A stretch of DNA of 64,000 nt from Opitutaceae bacterium (GCA_043745015.1 JAYTUA010000096.1:3304-67303), one strand, 5' to 3'. Positions 1 to 9,965 are shown, numbered from the stretch's first letter. Made by a program: numbers and translations. The notes: generated by a model not told the origin, from the letters alone.

Positions 1-316
1 ACGCGGCAAAGCCCGCCTGTCGGTGCGCGGATGCCACGCCGATCCACACCGCCGCCTCGCCAATCCGCAGGCGGCCGGTGCGGTGCACGCAGAGCACCTT
101 GGTGCCCGGGTAGATGCTTTCGGTCTCGTTGACAATGGCCTCGCCCTCGCTTTGGGCGAGTTCGTCGAAGGCCTCGTATTCGAGGAGGGTGACGGGCCGG
201 CCGAGGTGGTGGTTGCGCACGCGGCCCTCGAAGACGGTCAGGGCGCCCGCCGCGGGGGAGGTGAGCCGCGCCTGCAGGGTGGCGCTGTCGATCAGTTGGC
301 TGGTCAGCTCGAACAT
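1..316 (-). CDS. moaE: molybdopterin synthase catalytic subunit MoaE (3' end runs off window)
   Basis: Manual translation from ATG at 316: MFELTSQLIDS...GALTVFEGRVRNHH...LEYEAF...VHRTGRLRIGEAAVWIGVASAHRQAGF, typical MoaE motifs; follows moaD. Confidence 0.9.
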   Translation of the reverse strand, partial: MFELTSQLIDSATLQARLTSPAAGALTVFEGRVRNHHLGRPVTLLEYEAFDELAQSEGEAIVNETESIYPGTKVLCVHRTGRLRIGEAAVWIGVASAHRQAGFAA

Positions 317-319
317 CGG

Positions 320-574
320 TCAGCCTCCGGCGACGGGGGGGATGAACACCACGCGGTCGCCCGCGGTGAGCGGGGCGGAGAAGTCGGCAAAGCGTTCGTT
401 GAGGGAGACGCGCAGCAGCCGGGCCGGGAAGGTGAGGCCGGGAAAACGGTGCTGCAACTCGGTGTAGAGTCCGGCGGCGTCGCGGGCCGTGGTCTCCACC
501 TCGAGCGTGGAGCAGCCGGCCTGTTCGCGCAGGATCGCGAAGAAGCGGACTTGAAGCCGGTAAGGGGATGACAT
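320..574 (-). CDS. moaD: molybdopterin synthase sulfur carrier MoaD
   Basis: 84 aa, V.FFA.LRE N-terminus, C-terminal PPVAGG di-glycine. Confidence 0.93.
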   Translation of the reverse strand: MSSPYRLQVRFFAILREQAGCSTLEVETTARDAAGLYTELQHRFPGLTFPARLLRVSLNERFADFSAPLTAGDRVVFIPPVAGG

Positions 575-583
575 CGCTCAGGT

Positions 584-1564
584 TCAGCCGCCGATCTCGG
601 ACATGCCGCGGGCGGCGGGGATGAGATGCTGGGCGAGACCGTGGCCCCAGGGTTTCTCGTGCACCGCGCCGCGGATGCAGGCGGCGATGACCTCGTCGCT
701 CGCGCCGCCCCGGAGATGGTGGAGCAGGTTGATTTCGTTGTCGCGCAGCAGGCAGAGGCGCAGCACGCCGTCGGCGGTGAGGCGCATGCGGTTGCAGGCG
801 GCGCAGAACGGCTGCGAGACGGGGCTGATGAAGCCGACCGCGCCCCGGCCACCCGGCAGCCGGAAGAGGCGGGCCTCGCCGTCAAGCTTGCCGCCGTTGA
901 CGAGTTCGAGCGGACCGTAGGCACGGCCGAGCACGTCGAGCAGCTCGGCCTCGCTGACCATGCCCTTGGTTTGGAAATCGGCATTGTTGCCGAAGGGCAT
1001 CTGCTCGATGAACCGCACCTGCCAGGGATTCGTGAGCGTGAGGCGGGCGAGCTCGACGACATCGGTGCGGTCGTTCACGCCGCGGCAGACCACGGCGTTG
1101 AGCTTCACGCGCAGGCCGGCGGCGGCGGCGGCATCCAGTCCCGCGCGCACGTCGCGCAGGTTGCCCCAGCGGGTGAGCTTCCGGAAGGTGTCCTCGTCGA
1201 GGCTGTCGATGGAGATGTTGACGGACTTGAGGCCGGCGTCGCGCAGCGGCTGGGCGAGTTTGTCGAGCAGCACGCCATTGGTGGTCAGGCCGACTGCGGT
1301 GATGCCATGTGTGCTGGTCGCGTGCCGGACGAGATCCACCAGGCCGGGGCGGAGCGTTGGTTCGCCGCCCGTGAAACGGATTTTGCGGAAACCAATCGCC
1401 CCGAACAAAGTGATGAGGCGCCGCAGCTCGGCGTCGCTGAGCAGTTCGTCGCGCGGCCGGAAGGTCATGTGTTCCGGCATGCAGTAGACACAGCGGAGGT
1501 TGCAGGCATCCGTAAGCGAGATGCGCAGATAGTCGATGTCGCGGTAATATTGGTCGAGCGGCAT
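584..1564 (-). CDS. moaA: GTP 3',8-cyclase MoaA (radical SAM)
   Basis: YLRISLTDACNLRCVYCMP (CxxxCxxC), TGGEP, second cluster FCAACNRMRLTADG..CL, C-terminal MSEIGG. Confidence 0.96.
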   Translation of the reverse strand: MPLDQYYRDIDYLRISLTDACNLRCVYCMPEHMTFRPRDELLSDAELRRLITLFGAIGFRKIRFTGGEPTLRPGLVDLVRHATSTHGITAVGLTTNGVLLDKLAQPLRDAGLKSVNISIDSLDEDTFRKLTRWGNLRDVRAGLDAAAAAGLRVKLNAVVCRGVNDRTDVVELARLTLTNPWQVRFIEQMPFGNNADFQTKGMVSEAELLDVLGRAYGPLELVNGGKLDGEARLFRLPGGRGAVGFISPVSQPFCAACNRMRLTADGVLRLCLLRDNEINLLHHLRGGASDEVIAACIRGAVHEKPWGHGLAQHLIPAARGMSEIGG

Positions 1565-1567
1565 GGG

Positions 1568-2731
1568 TCAGCCGGGGATGATCCCCGGGTTGAACGCGAG
1601 CGCAGGTTGCCGGCGGGAGAGGAGATGGCAAAGGGTGCAGCCGACGATCATGCCGGTCAGGTAGCCTTGCGGGGCAAAAACGCAAATGACCGCCACCGTG
1701 GCGGCCAGCCCGAGGGTGACCGGAGTGCGGGCGACATCGCGCAGGAGCAGGAGCAGCACGCCGGCCTCGACCAGCAGCACGGCGCCCAGCACCGGCGCGG
1801 GAAAAGCGTGGAGCACCTCCTGGAAAGCGCCGCTGAAAAAGGCGCCAATGACCAGATAGAGCGAGCCGTAGAGGATGACAGAGCCGCCGGTGCGCGCGCC
1901 CAACGCGTAATAGCCCGCCAGGCCGCCGCAGCCGTGGCACATGGGGATTCCGCCCAGCCACGGCGAGATCAGGTTGATCAGGCCGTAGGTGCGGCCGATG
2001 CCGCGCAGCGTGGCCGGACGTTGCGGAAAGAGATCGGTGATCGTCCGCTGGGTGGCGATGACGGAATTGGAAAGTGAGAGCGGCACCTGCGGGAGCACTA
2101 GCAGGCCCAATGCCGTCAGCCACTGGTTCCACGGCATCACCGCCGGGGTGGGAGTAACCCAGCCAAAACCGTGCGCGAGGGCCGGCCAGTCCAGACGGTA
2201 ACAGGCCGCCCAGAGCACGCCTGTCCCGACCACCAGCAGGGCGCCGGGGATCTGCCGGTGTCCGCGCAGCCAGACCAGCCCGGCGACCGCGCCGCCCGCC
2301 GCGATCCAGCCCCAGGGTCCCTCGCGTCCGGCCAGGCCCAGCGCCGTGCGGGCCAGCGCGAGCCCGAGGCCCGCCTGCACGCCGCGCACCACCAGGAGGG
2401 GAATGAGTTTTTGCAGACGGTCGAGCAGGCCGCTGAACGAGAGCACCAGCATCAGCGCGCCGATCATCAGGCCGGCCAGTTGGAATTGTCCGCCCGTGGC
2501 CTGGCCGGCGATGACGGCCACCGCCATAGCCTTGAGCGGTTGCACCGGCATGGGCAGGCCGTAGAGCAGGCCGGACGCGATCTGGGCGAGCCCAAAGGCC
2601 AGGAACACCCCGGCCGGATCAAGTTTCGTGGCCAGCAGGATTCCGGCGATCAACGGCAGGTCGGTGCCGATGTCGCCGAAGGCCCCGGCCAGCTCGTGCC
2701 GGTCGAAGCGCGGCTTGTTCAGGAGCGGCAT
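1568..2731 (-). CDS. MOT1-family (plant-type) molybdate/sulfate transporter
   Basis: Start at MPLLNKPRFDRHELAGAFGDIGT; motifs GLPMPVQPLKAM and GGIPMCHGCGGLAG..ALGARTGG; multiple TM helices; lies inside the Moco operon. Confidence 0.85.
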   Translation of the reverse strand: MPLLNKPRFDRHELAGAFGDIGTDLPLIAGILLATKLDPAGVFLAFGLAQIASGLLYGLPMPVQPLKAMAVAVIAGQATGGQFQLAGLMIGALMLVLSFSGLLDRLQKLIPLLVVRGVQAGLGLALARTALGLAGREGPWGWIAAGGAVAGLVWLRGHRQIPGALLVVGTGVLWAACYRLDWPALAHGFGWVTPTPAVMPWNQWLTALGLLVLPQVPLSLSNSVIATQRTITDLFPQRPATLRGIGRTYGLINLISPWLGGIPMCHGCGGLAGYYALGARTGGSVILYGSLYLVIGAFFSGAFQEVLHAFPAPVLGAVLLVEAGVLLLLLRDVARTPVTLGLAATVAVICVFAPQGYLTGMIVGCTLCHLLSRRQPALAFNPGIIPG

Positions 2732-3237
2732 GGCGGCTTGGGTCCCTCGTTGGTGAGCCCGGGCCGGAAGCCGGCGATGTGGTCGAGGGCCTCGGCGATG
2801 GCGGGCACGAGGAGCGGCAGGCACTCGCCGATGGCGCGGGGCCGGCCGGGCAGGTTGATGATGAGCGAACGGCCGCGCACGCCAGCCGTGGCGCGGGAAA
2901 GGATGGCGGTCTTCACCTGCTCGTAGCTGTGCACCCGCATCACCTCGCCGAAACCGGGCAGCTCCCGTTCCAGCACGGCGCGCGTGGCCTCGGGGGTGAC
3001 GTCGCGCGGGCCCGGACCGGTCCCGCCGGTGGTGATGATCAGCGGGCATTGCTCGACGTCCGCGAGGCGGCGGAGGGTGGCCTCGATCTCCGCGCGGTCG
3101 TCCGGCAGCAGCACACGGATCCATTCGAGGGGCTCGGTGAAATGGCTGGCGGTGATCCGCTCGATCTCGGGACCGCTCTCGTCGGCATAGACGCCGGTGG
3201 CGGCGCGGTCGCTGAGGGTGACGCGGGCGATCTTCAT
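2719..3237 (-). CDS. mogA: molybdopterin adenylyltransferase MogA
   Basis: TLSDRA..G.Y.DESG, TTGGTGPGPRDVTPEA, ILSRATAG..IINLPG; ATG at 3237 overlaps the moaC stop. Confidence 0.92.
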   Translation of the reverse strand: MKIARVTLSDRAATGVYADESGPEIERITASHFTEPLEWIRVLLPDDRAEIEATLRRLADVEQCPLIITTGGTGPGPRDVTPEATRAVLERELPGFGEVMRVHSYEQVKTAILSRATAGVRGRSLIINLPGRPRAIGECLPLLVPAIAEALDHIAGFRPGLTNEGPKPPCRS

Positions 3238-3692
3238 TGCTTGGTTTTCCCGACGACGCGGATGCCGCCGATCGACATGGTTTTGTCCACGGCCTTGCAC
3301 ATGTCGTAGAGGGTGAGCGCGGCGACCGACACGGCGGTGAGCACCTCCATCTCGACGCCGGTCTTGCCGGTGAGCCGGGCGGTGGCGCGGATGCCGATGC
3401 CGTCATTCTCCACGGCAAACTCGACGTCCACATGGCTGAGCGCGAGCGGATGGCAGAGGGGGATCAACTGCGCTGTAGACTTGGCGGCCTGGATGCCCGC
3501 GATCTTGGCGACGGTCAGCACGTCGCCCTTGGGCAGGGCCTGGGCGCGGAGCAGCCCGATGGTTTTCGGTGAGCAGGTGAGCCGGCCCTCCGCCACGGCC
3601 GTGCGCTGTTGATCGGGCTTGGCACCGACGTCCACCATGCGCGCGCGGCCGGCCGGGTCGAGGTGGGAGAAGGATTCGGACGCGGGGGTCAT
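3234..3692 (-). CDS. moaC: cyclic pyranopterin monophosphate synthase MoaC
   Basis: FSHLD..G.ARMVDV, KGDVL..A..AGIQAAK, LIPLCHP, TGVEME, YDMCKAVD. Confidence 0.95.
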   Translation of the reverse strand: MTPASESFSHLDPAGRARMVDVGAKPDQQRTAVAEGRLTCSPKTIGLLRAQALPKGDVLTVAKIAGIQAAKSTAQLIPLCHPLALSHVDVEFAVENDGIGIRATARLTGKTGVEMEVLTAVSVAALTLYDMCKAVDKTMSIGGIRVVGKTKQ

Positions 3693-4870
3693 GAACAGGG
3701 AATGAATTCGACCGGCTGCGCCGGGTCGAGATTGTTTGCCGGCAGCGGGAGCAGGGCGTTGGCTCCAGCCAGTCCGCTGCTGTCGCCCGAACTGGCGAGG
3801 GGCAGTGGAGTGAGTTCGGGGATCCCGTTTACTATGTCGGCGCGGCATGGCCAGAAAGTCTGCCTCTGGTCGGGCGCCGGCCGCGTGGCGCCGGGGGCGA
3901 GCCGGCCGGTCAGCCGGGGCGGGATGGCGTCGATGCCGGTCTCCAGCTTTCGCAGCACCGGCGCGACAAAGAGCTGGAACGTGACCCAATGCGACACCGG
4001 GTTGCCCGGCAGGGCGAAGGCGAGCTGTTTGCCCCGGCTGGCGAAGACCAGCGGTCGGCCGGGCCGCAAGTTGACCTGCTCAAAATGCAGTTCGTAGCCC
4101 AGCGCCTTCAGCAGGGGGCGGGCGAAATCATGATCGCCCACGCTCGCGCCGCCGGAGATGAGCAGCACGTCGTGCGCCGGGAACGCTTCCACCGCGGCCC
4201 GAGCCGCGGCCAGATCATCGCGGGCGTGGGCGTGGCCGATGAGCTCGGCGCCGTGATGGGCCAGCAGGGCGGCGATCAGGGTGGAATTGCTGTCGCGAAT
4301 CTGGGCGCCGGCGGGAACCTGGTCGGGGGCGACGAGTTCGTTGCCGGTGATAAGGTGCGCGCAGCGGGGGACACGGCTGATTTCCGGCTGCGTGACGCCG
4401 GCGGCGGCCAAGGCCGCCAGCTCGGGCGGACCAAGCCGGGTGCCCGCGGGCACCACGATGTCACCGGTGCGGCGGTTCTCCCCACGCCGGCGGATGAACC
4501 CGGGGCCATCGGCGCGCAACACGCGGACGAGGTCCGCCTCGCGCACCGCGTCCTCCTGCTTGACGACACAATCGGCCCCGGCGGGCACCGGCGCGCCGGT
4601 GAAGATGCGCACGCATTCGCCGGCCTTGATCGGGCCGGAAAAGACAGCGCCGGCTTGCGACTCGCCGACAATCCGCAGTGGTTGGCTGAGGTCGGCGCGT
4701 CGCACGGCGTAGCCGTCCATGGCGGACGCATCGAACGGCGGAGAGTCGGCGTCGGCGCGTCCCACGGAGCGCAGCGTGCGCCCGAGCGCATCGGCCAGGG
4801 GCACGCGCATCGCCGCAAGCTGGGTCGTGCGGATCAGGATGATCGACCAGGCATCGACGGCGGGGATCAT
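3689..4870 (-). CDS. moeA: molybdopterin molybdotransferase MoeA
   Basis: SPPFDASAMDGYAV, IFTGAPVP.GADCVV.QE, TGNEL, SGGASVGDHD, LPGNPVS. Confidence 0.95.
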   Translation of the reverse strand: MIPAVDAWSIILIRTTQLAAMRVPLADALGRTLRSVGRADADSPPFDASAMDGYAVRRADLSQPLRIVGESQAGAVFSGPIKAGECVRIFTGAPVPAGADCVVKQEDAVREADLVRVLRADGPGFIRRRGENRRTGDIVVPAGTRLGPPELAALAAAGVTQPEISRVPRCAHLITGNELVAPDQVPAGAQIRDSNSTLIAALLAHHGAELIGHAHARDDLAAARAAVEAFPAHDVLLISGGASVGDHDFARPLLKALGYELHFEQVNLRPGRPLVFASRGKQLAFALPGNPVSHWVTFQLFVAPVLRKLETGIDAIPPRLTGRLAPGATRPAPDQRQTFWPCRADIVNGIPELTPLPLASSGDSSGLAGANALLPLPANNLDPAQPVEFIPCS

Positions 4871-6189
4871 TTTCGAGGAGAGCGTGGCTGCTTGGCGGCC
4901 GTTCGTTTGGCGACAACCGGGGCAAGGAACGGCGTGTAGATGGCCGCGAGCTTGCGCGGGAAACGGCCGGCGAGCTTCACGCCGTCGTCGAGCGATTCCT
5001 GCGACCGCACCTGCCCGGCGCCATGCAGCTTGGCGATGACATCGTAGCGGCTGTGCGGGATGAGCAGCTCGACCGACTCCTGATCGTCGATGGCCAATTC
5101 CTCGCAGCGGGCGAGCAGCCGGTCGAGACCCTGGCCGGTATGGACGCTGATGAAGAGCGCCTCGGGATGCTGGGCGCGGACGAGCGCAAGGGTCTTGGCA
5201 TCGGCGGCGTCCACTTTGTTGAAGACGATGATGGCGGGCTTGTCCGCCGCACCGAGTTCGCCGAGGACTTCCATCGTGGTGGCGAAGTGGTGCGCGACGT
5301 TGGGGTTGGCCACATCGAGCACGTGGATGATGAAGTCGGCGACGACGACTTCCTCAAGGGTGGCCTTGAACGCCTCGATCAGGCGGTGCGGGAGGCGGCG
5401 GATGAAACCCACGGTGTCGGTCGCGAGCAGCGTGCGACCGTCGGGCAGCTCGAACTGGCGGGTGGTCGGGTCGAGCGTGGCGAAGAGCTTGTCGGCCGCG
5501 AGCACCTGCGCGCCGGTAAGTTTGTTGAGCAGGGAGGACTTCCCGGCGTTGGTGTAGCCGACGATGGCGACGCCGGGGACGGGCGTGCGCTGGCGTTTGC
5601 GGCGCTGCGTGGCGCGCTGGGAGATGACCAGCGCGATCTCGGTTTTCAGGTGGGCGATGCGGTCGCGCACGAGACGGCGGTCCTGCTCAAGCTGGGTCTC
5701 ACCTTCGCCACCCATGGAGCCCTTGCCGCGCTGGCGGGAAAGGTGGGTCCACGCGCGCGTGAGGCGGGGCAGGGAATACTCCATGCGGGCCAGCGCGACC
5801 TGCAGCACGGCCTCGCGGGTTTGCGCGCGGTCGGCGAAGATTTCCAAGATGACTTCCTGCCGGTCGATGACCGCGAGGCCGGATTCCTCCTCCCAGTTGC
5901 GTTGCTGGGCGGGGGAGAGTTCCTCGTCGATCACGATGACATCGGCGCCATCCTCCTTGGCCAGGGCCATGAGCTCGGCGGCCTTGCCCGAGCCGATGAG
6001 GAACTTGGGTTGATGCCGGTCGCGCAGGGTGACGAGGATGGTGCGGGTGACGGCGAGGTTGAGGTTCTCAACCAGCTCCTGCAGTTCGCCGAGCAGTTCG
6101 GTGCCTTCGCCCGGGGCCATGTCGTGCGTCTGCACGCCGACGAGCAGGGCGCGGGTGGTGGGCTTTTTCGGATCGAGGAAATTTGCCAT
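4867..6189 (-). CDS. hflX: ribosome-splitting GTPase HflX
   Basis: LSPAQQRN, LSRQRG...GEGETQLEQDRR, GYTNAGKS (G1), LFATLDPT, DTVGF, NKVD. Confidence 0.96.
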   Translation of the reverse strand: MANFLDPKKPTTRALLVGVQTHDMAPGEGTELLGELQELVENLNLAVTRTILVTLRDRHQPKFLIGSGKAAELMALAKEDGADVIVIDEELSPAQQRNWEEESGLAVIDRQEVILEIFADRAQTREAVLQVALARMEYSLPRLTRAWTHLSRQRGKGSMGGEGETQLEQDRRLVRDRIAHLKTEIALVISQRATQRRKRQRTPVPGVAIVGYTNAGKSSLLNKLTGAQVLAADKLFATLDPTTRQFELPDGRTLLATDTVGFIRRLPHRLIEAFKATLEEVVVADFIIHVLDVANPNVAHHFATTMEVLGELGAADKPAIIVFNKVDAADAKTLALVRAQHPEALFISVHTGQGLDRLLARCEELAIDDQESVELLIPHSRYDVIAKLHGAGQVRSQESLDDGVKLAGRFPRKLAAIYTPFLAPVVAKRTAAKQPRSPRK

Positions 6190-6429
6190 GAGGGAACACT
6201 GTCGCCCGGCCCCGCAGGGGAGTCAACCGGGGCGTGACACAGAAAATCGTTGCGCCGCCGCATTCCGTGGCAATGTTTCCGGTGTCTGGCGCGAACTCGT
6301 GCGCGACCGGACCGCACAGTTCAACCACCGTCTCCGGACACCCCCAGGCCTGATCGCCATGCGACAAGCACTCCAGTCCAGCTCCCGCGCCCTGCAGGTT
6401 TTCCGTTCACGGACCACTGCCGGGGCGGA

Positions 6430-7221
6430 ATGAAAAGCATCCTCGACTTCGCCCGGTTTCGGCAGGAAGGCCGGCCCATCGCCCTCGTGACGGCCTATGA
6501 TGCCGCTCTGGCGCGCATCGTGGCGGCCTCGGCCGCCGATGCCATACTCGTCGGTGACAGCGCGGCCATGGTCGTGCACGGGCTGCCCTCCACCATCCAC
6601 GCCACGTTGGAAATGATGGTGCTGCACACGGCCGCCGTGCGGCGCGGTGCGCCCGCCGCCGTGGTGATTGCCGACCTGCCGTTTCTGACTTTCCGGCGCG
6701 GGCGCGACGAAGCTGTGCTCGCCGCCGGCGCATTGATGCAGGCCGGCGCGACGGCGGTGAAACTCGAGGGACTGACCGGCCACGAGGATGTCGTTTCGCA
6801 CCTTGTCGGCAGCGGCATTCCCGTGATGGGGCATCTCGGGCTCACGCCGCAGTCGGTTCACCAGCTCGGCGGCTACCGGTTGCAGGGCCGGTCGGAGGAG
6901 GAGGCCGTGCGGCTGCGGAGCGATGCGAAGCAGCTGGAGCAACTTGGCGTATTTTCCCTCGTGCTGGAATGTGTGCCGGCGGCGCTCGCGGCGGAGATCA
7001 CGGCGAGCCTGGGCATCCCGACCATCGGCATCGGCGCCGGCGGCGGCACGTCCGGTCAGATTCTCGTGCTGAACGACCTGCTGGGGCTCGACGCCACGTT
7101 CCGGCCGAAGTTCAGCCGGCGCTACCTTGACGGCCACCGGGAAATCCTGGCCGCGCTCAACCATTACGCGGACGACGTGCGCGCGGCGCGCTTCCCGGCG
7201 CGGGCGGAGGTGCTCGCATGA
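6430..7221 (+). CDS. panB: 3-methyl-2-oxobutanoate hydroxymethyltransferase
   Basis: LVTAYD, ILVGDS, ADLPF, VKLEG, MGHLGLTPQS, TIGIGAG; ATG at 6430. Confidence 0.96.
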   Translation: MKSILDFARFRQEGRPIALVTAYDAALARIVAASAADAILVGDSAAMVVHGLPSTIHATLEMMVLHTAAVRRGAPAAVVIADLPFLTFRRGRDEAVLAAGALMQAGATAVKLEGLTGHEDVVSHLVGSGIPVMGHLGLTPQSVHQLGGYRLQGRSEEEAVRLRSDAKQLEQLGVFSLVLECVPAALAAEITASLGIPTIGIGAGGGTSGQILVLNDLLGLDATFRPKFSRRYLDGHREILAALNHYADDVRAARFPARAEVLA

Positions 7222-7970
7222 GAACCTGGGTCAGCCTGCAGGAATGGCGCGTGGCGCGCGGCGAACTCACCGGCCGCTCGGTCGGCTTTGTGCCGACGAT
7301 GGGCGCGCTGCACGCGGGGCACCGGGCGCTGCTGGCGCGCGCGCGCGCCGAGAACGACGTCGTGGTGCTGAGCATTTTCGTCAACCCGACGCAGTTCAAT
7401 GATCCGACGGACCTCGCGCGGTATCCGCGCACGCTGGAGGCGGACCAGGCACTGGCGGCCGGGCTGGTTGATCACGTCATCGTGCCCGCCGCGGAGGAAC
7501 TCTACCCGGACAAATACACCTACCGGGTTACGGAGGAGATGCTCAGCCGCCGGTTGGAAGGGGCGCACCGGCCGGGGCATTTCGACGGGGTGCTGACCGT
7601 CGTGCTCAAGCTCTTCAATCTTGTGCAACCGACCCGCGCTTACTTTGGCGAGAAAGACTGGCAGCAGCTGCGGCTGGTGGAGCGCATGGCCCGAGCGCTT
7701 TTCCTGCCGGTGGAAATCATCGCCTGTCCGACGGAGCGCGACATCGACGGGCTGGCCCTCAGCTCGCGCAACCGGCGCCTGTCCCCGACGGCGCGGACCC
7801 AGGCCACCCAATTCCCGCGCATCCTGCACTCCGCCACCAGCCCGGCCGCCGCCGCCAACGCCCTGGTCACCGCTGGTTTTGAAGTGGATTACGTGGAGGA
7901 ACAGGAGGGCGTGCGCCTGGGCGCAATCCGCATCGAAGGAGTGCGGTTGATCGACAATGTCCGGCTCTAA
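7218..7970 (+). CDS. panC: pantoate--beta-alanine ligase
   Basis: GFVPTMGALHAGH, SIFVNPTQF, RPGHFDGV, FGEKDWQQ, LALSSRN, RLIDN. Confidence 0.96.
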   Translation: MRTWVSLQEWRVARGELTGRSVGFVPTMGALHAGHRALLARARAENDVVVLSIFVNPTQFNDPTDLARYPRTLEADQALAAGLVDHVIVPAAEELYPDKYTYRVTEEMLSRRLEGAHRPGHFDGVLTVVLKLFNLVQPTRAYFGEKDWQQLRLVERMARALFLPVEIIACPTERDIDGLALSSRNRRLSPTARTQATQFPRILHSATSPAAAANALVTAGFEVDYVEEQEGVRLGAIRIEGVRLIDNVRL

Positions 7971-9171
7971 CCTCCTCGTCATTTTCACCGGCTCGATCGC
8001 GGCCTACAAGGGCTGCGAGGTCGTGTCGCAACTCGTGCAGCGCGGCCACCACGTGCGCTGCGTGGCGACGCCTTCCGCCATGAAATTCATCGGCCCGGCG
8101 ACGCTGGAGGGACTGAGCGGTTCGCCGGTTCTGTGCGACCTGTTTGCAAACGGCCGCGCGCTGGACCACATCGCGCTCACGCGCTGGGCCGATGCCGTGC
8201 TGGTCTGCCCCGCCACGGCGAATACCATCAACCGGCTCGCGGCTGGACTTGCCGATGATCTGGTGGGTGCGATTTTTCTGGCGCATGATCGCGCCAAGCC
8301 CTGGCTGGTCGCCCCGGCGATGAATCCCGCGATGTGGTCGCATCCCGCGACGCTGGCGGCGGTGGAGAAGTTGCGCGGCTGGGGCGTGCGTTTCCTGCCG
8401 GTGGGCGAGGGGCCCACCGCGTGCGGCGAAACCGGTGAAGGCCGGCTGGCTGAGCCGGATGAAATTGTCGCGAGGGTGGAGGCGGCGATTTCGCTTCCGC
8501 CGTCGCGCAAACTGCGCGTGCTGGTGACAGCCGGCGGCACGGCCGAGCCCGTGGACGGCGTGCGCGTGCTGACCAACACCAGCACGGGCGCAACCGGAGC
8601 GGGCATTGCCACCCAGCTGGCCCGGAGCGGGCACGAGGTGGTGCTGCTTCGGGCGAGAAACGCTTTGCCGGCCGACGGTCCCTGCGAGGAGGAAACTTTT
8701 GTGACCTTTGCCGACCTTGAGGCCGCCCTGCCGCGCCTGCTCGGCTCGGGCCGGTTTGATGCGGTGATCCACGCCGCGGCCGTGAGCGATTTTGCCGTGG
8801 AGGCGGTTTTGGGCACGGCCGGACCGCCGGGGAAAATTGAATCCCGCGGTGCGCCGCTGCTGCGTCTGCGGCCCAATCCGAAACTCGTGGATCGCCTGCG
8901 CGGCCTGAGCCCCCGGCCGCTCACCGTCGTGGCCTTCAAGCTGACCCATGAGACTGGTCTGGACGAGTCGGCCGCAGCGGTGCGTCAGTTGTTCGGGCAC
9001 TCCGGCGCCGACTTTGTTGTCCATAACGACCTCGCGGCCCGCCGGTCCGATGGCATTTTCCCGGCGGACATTTACCGGCCCGACGGCACCGTGGCGGCGC
9101 ACTGTCCGGATCGCCGGGCCCTGGCCGTGGCCCTCGAACAACTGCTCGCCGCCTGCGCGGGCTCAACCTGA
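7957..9171 (+). CDS. coaBC: bifunctional phosphopantothenoylcysteine decarboxylase/ligase
   Basis: TGSIAAYK, PATANTI, APAMNPAMW, ACGETGEGRL, VTAGGT.EPVDGVR..TNTSTG, HAAAVSDF. Confidence 0.95.
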   Translation: MSGSNLLVIFTGSIAAYKGCEVVSQLVQRGHHVRCVATPSAMKFIGPATLEGLSGSPVLCDLFANGRALDHIALTRWADAVLVCPATANTINRLAAGLADDLVGAIFLAHDRAKPWLVAPAMNPAMWSHPATLAAVEKLRGWGVRFLPVGEGPTACGETGEGRLAEPDEIVARVEAAISLPPSRKLRVLVTAGGTAEPVDGVRVLTNTSTGATGAGIATQLARSGHEVVLLRARNALPADGPCEEETFVTFADLEAALPRLLGSGRFDAVIHAAAVSDFAVEAVLGTAGPPGKIESRGAPLLRLRPNPKLVDRLRGLSPRPLTVVAFKLTHETGLDESAAAVRQLFGHSGADFVVHNDLAARRSDGIFPADIYRPDGTVAAHCPDRRALAVALEQLLAACAGST

Positions 9172-9179
9172 TCCATCCC

Positions 9180-9965
9180 ATGCTCCTCACCCTCGATGTC
9201 GGCAATTCCCAGATTCACGGCGGCGTATTCGACGGCGATACGCTGCGTTTCCAGTTTCGCAAGACCACCCAGCCCATCGGCTCGTCGGATGAGTTCGGGG
9301 TGTTTCTCCGCGCGGTGCTGCGCGAGAACTCGCTCGATCCCTCGGGCGTGGACCGGGTGGCCATCTGCTCGGTCGTGCCGCCCGTCGCCTATCCGTTGCG
9401 CGCAGCGTGCGTGAAGTATTTCAATTGCGAGCCCTTCGTTTTGCAGGCCGGGGTGAAAACCGGGTTGAAGATCAAATACCGCAATCCCGCCGAGGTCGGC
9501 GCGGACCGCGTGGCCTGCGCCATCGGGGCGGCCCAGCGGCACCCGCAGCGCGACGTGCTGGTGGTGGATTGCGGCACCGCCACCACCTTGGAAGCGGTCA
9601 CGGCGACCGGCGACTATCTCGGCGGAGCCATCATGCCGGGCGTGGGCATCTCCGCGGAGACACTGGCCAGTCGCACAGCCAAGCTGCCCCGGGTGGAGAT
9701 CACCCGGCCCGAGACGGCGCTGGGCCGCACTTCGGCGGAAAGCATCCAGTCGGGGCTTTACCACGGCCATGTCGGCGCCATCCGCCACCTGCTCGCCGCG
9801 CTCACGGCAGAGGCCTTCAACGGCCGGCGTCCGCAGGTGATCGGAACGGGTGGGTTTGCGCGGATGTTCGAGACCGAGGGCCTGTTCGATGAGATCGTGC
9901 CCGAGCTGGTGCTCTTCGGCCTCAAACATGCCGAGCAACTCAACCGCGAGGCGGACGGGAAATAA
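9180..9965 (+). CDS. coaX: type III pantothenate kinase
   Basis: LDVGNS, SVVP, VGADR, VVDCGTATT, GGAIMPG, TGG. Confidence 0.95.
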   Translation: MLLTLDVGNSQIHGGVFDGDTLRFQFRKTTQPIGSSDEFGVFLRAVLRENSLDPSGVDRVAICSVVPPVAYPLRAACVKYFNCEPFVLQAGVKTGLKIKYRNPAEVGADRVACAIGAAQRHPQRDVLVVDCGTATTLEAVTATGDYLGGAIMPGVGISAETLASRTAKLPRVEITRPETALGRTSAESIQSGLYHGHVGAIRHLLAALTAEAFNGRRPQVIGTGGFARMFETEGLFDEIVPELVLFGLKHAEQLNREADGK

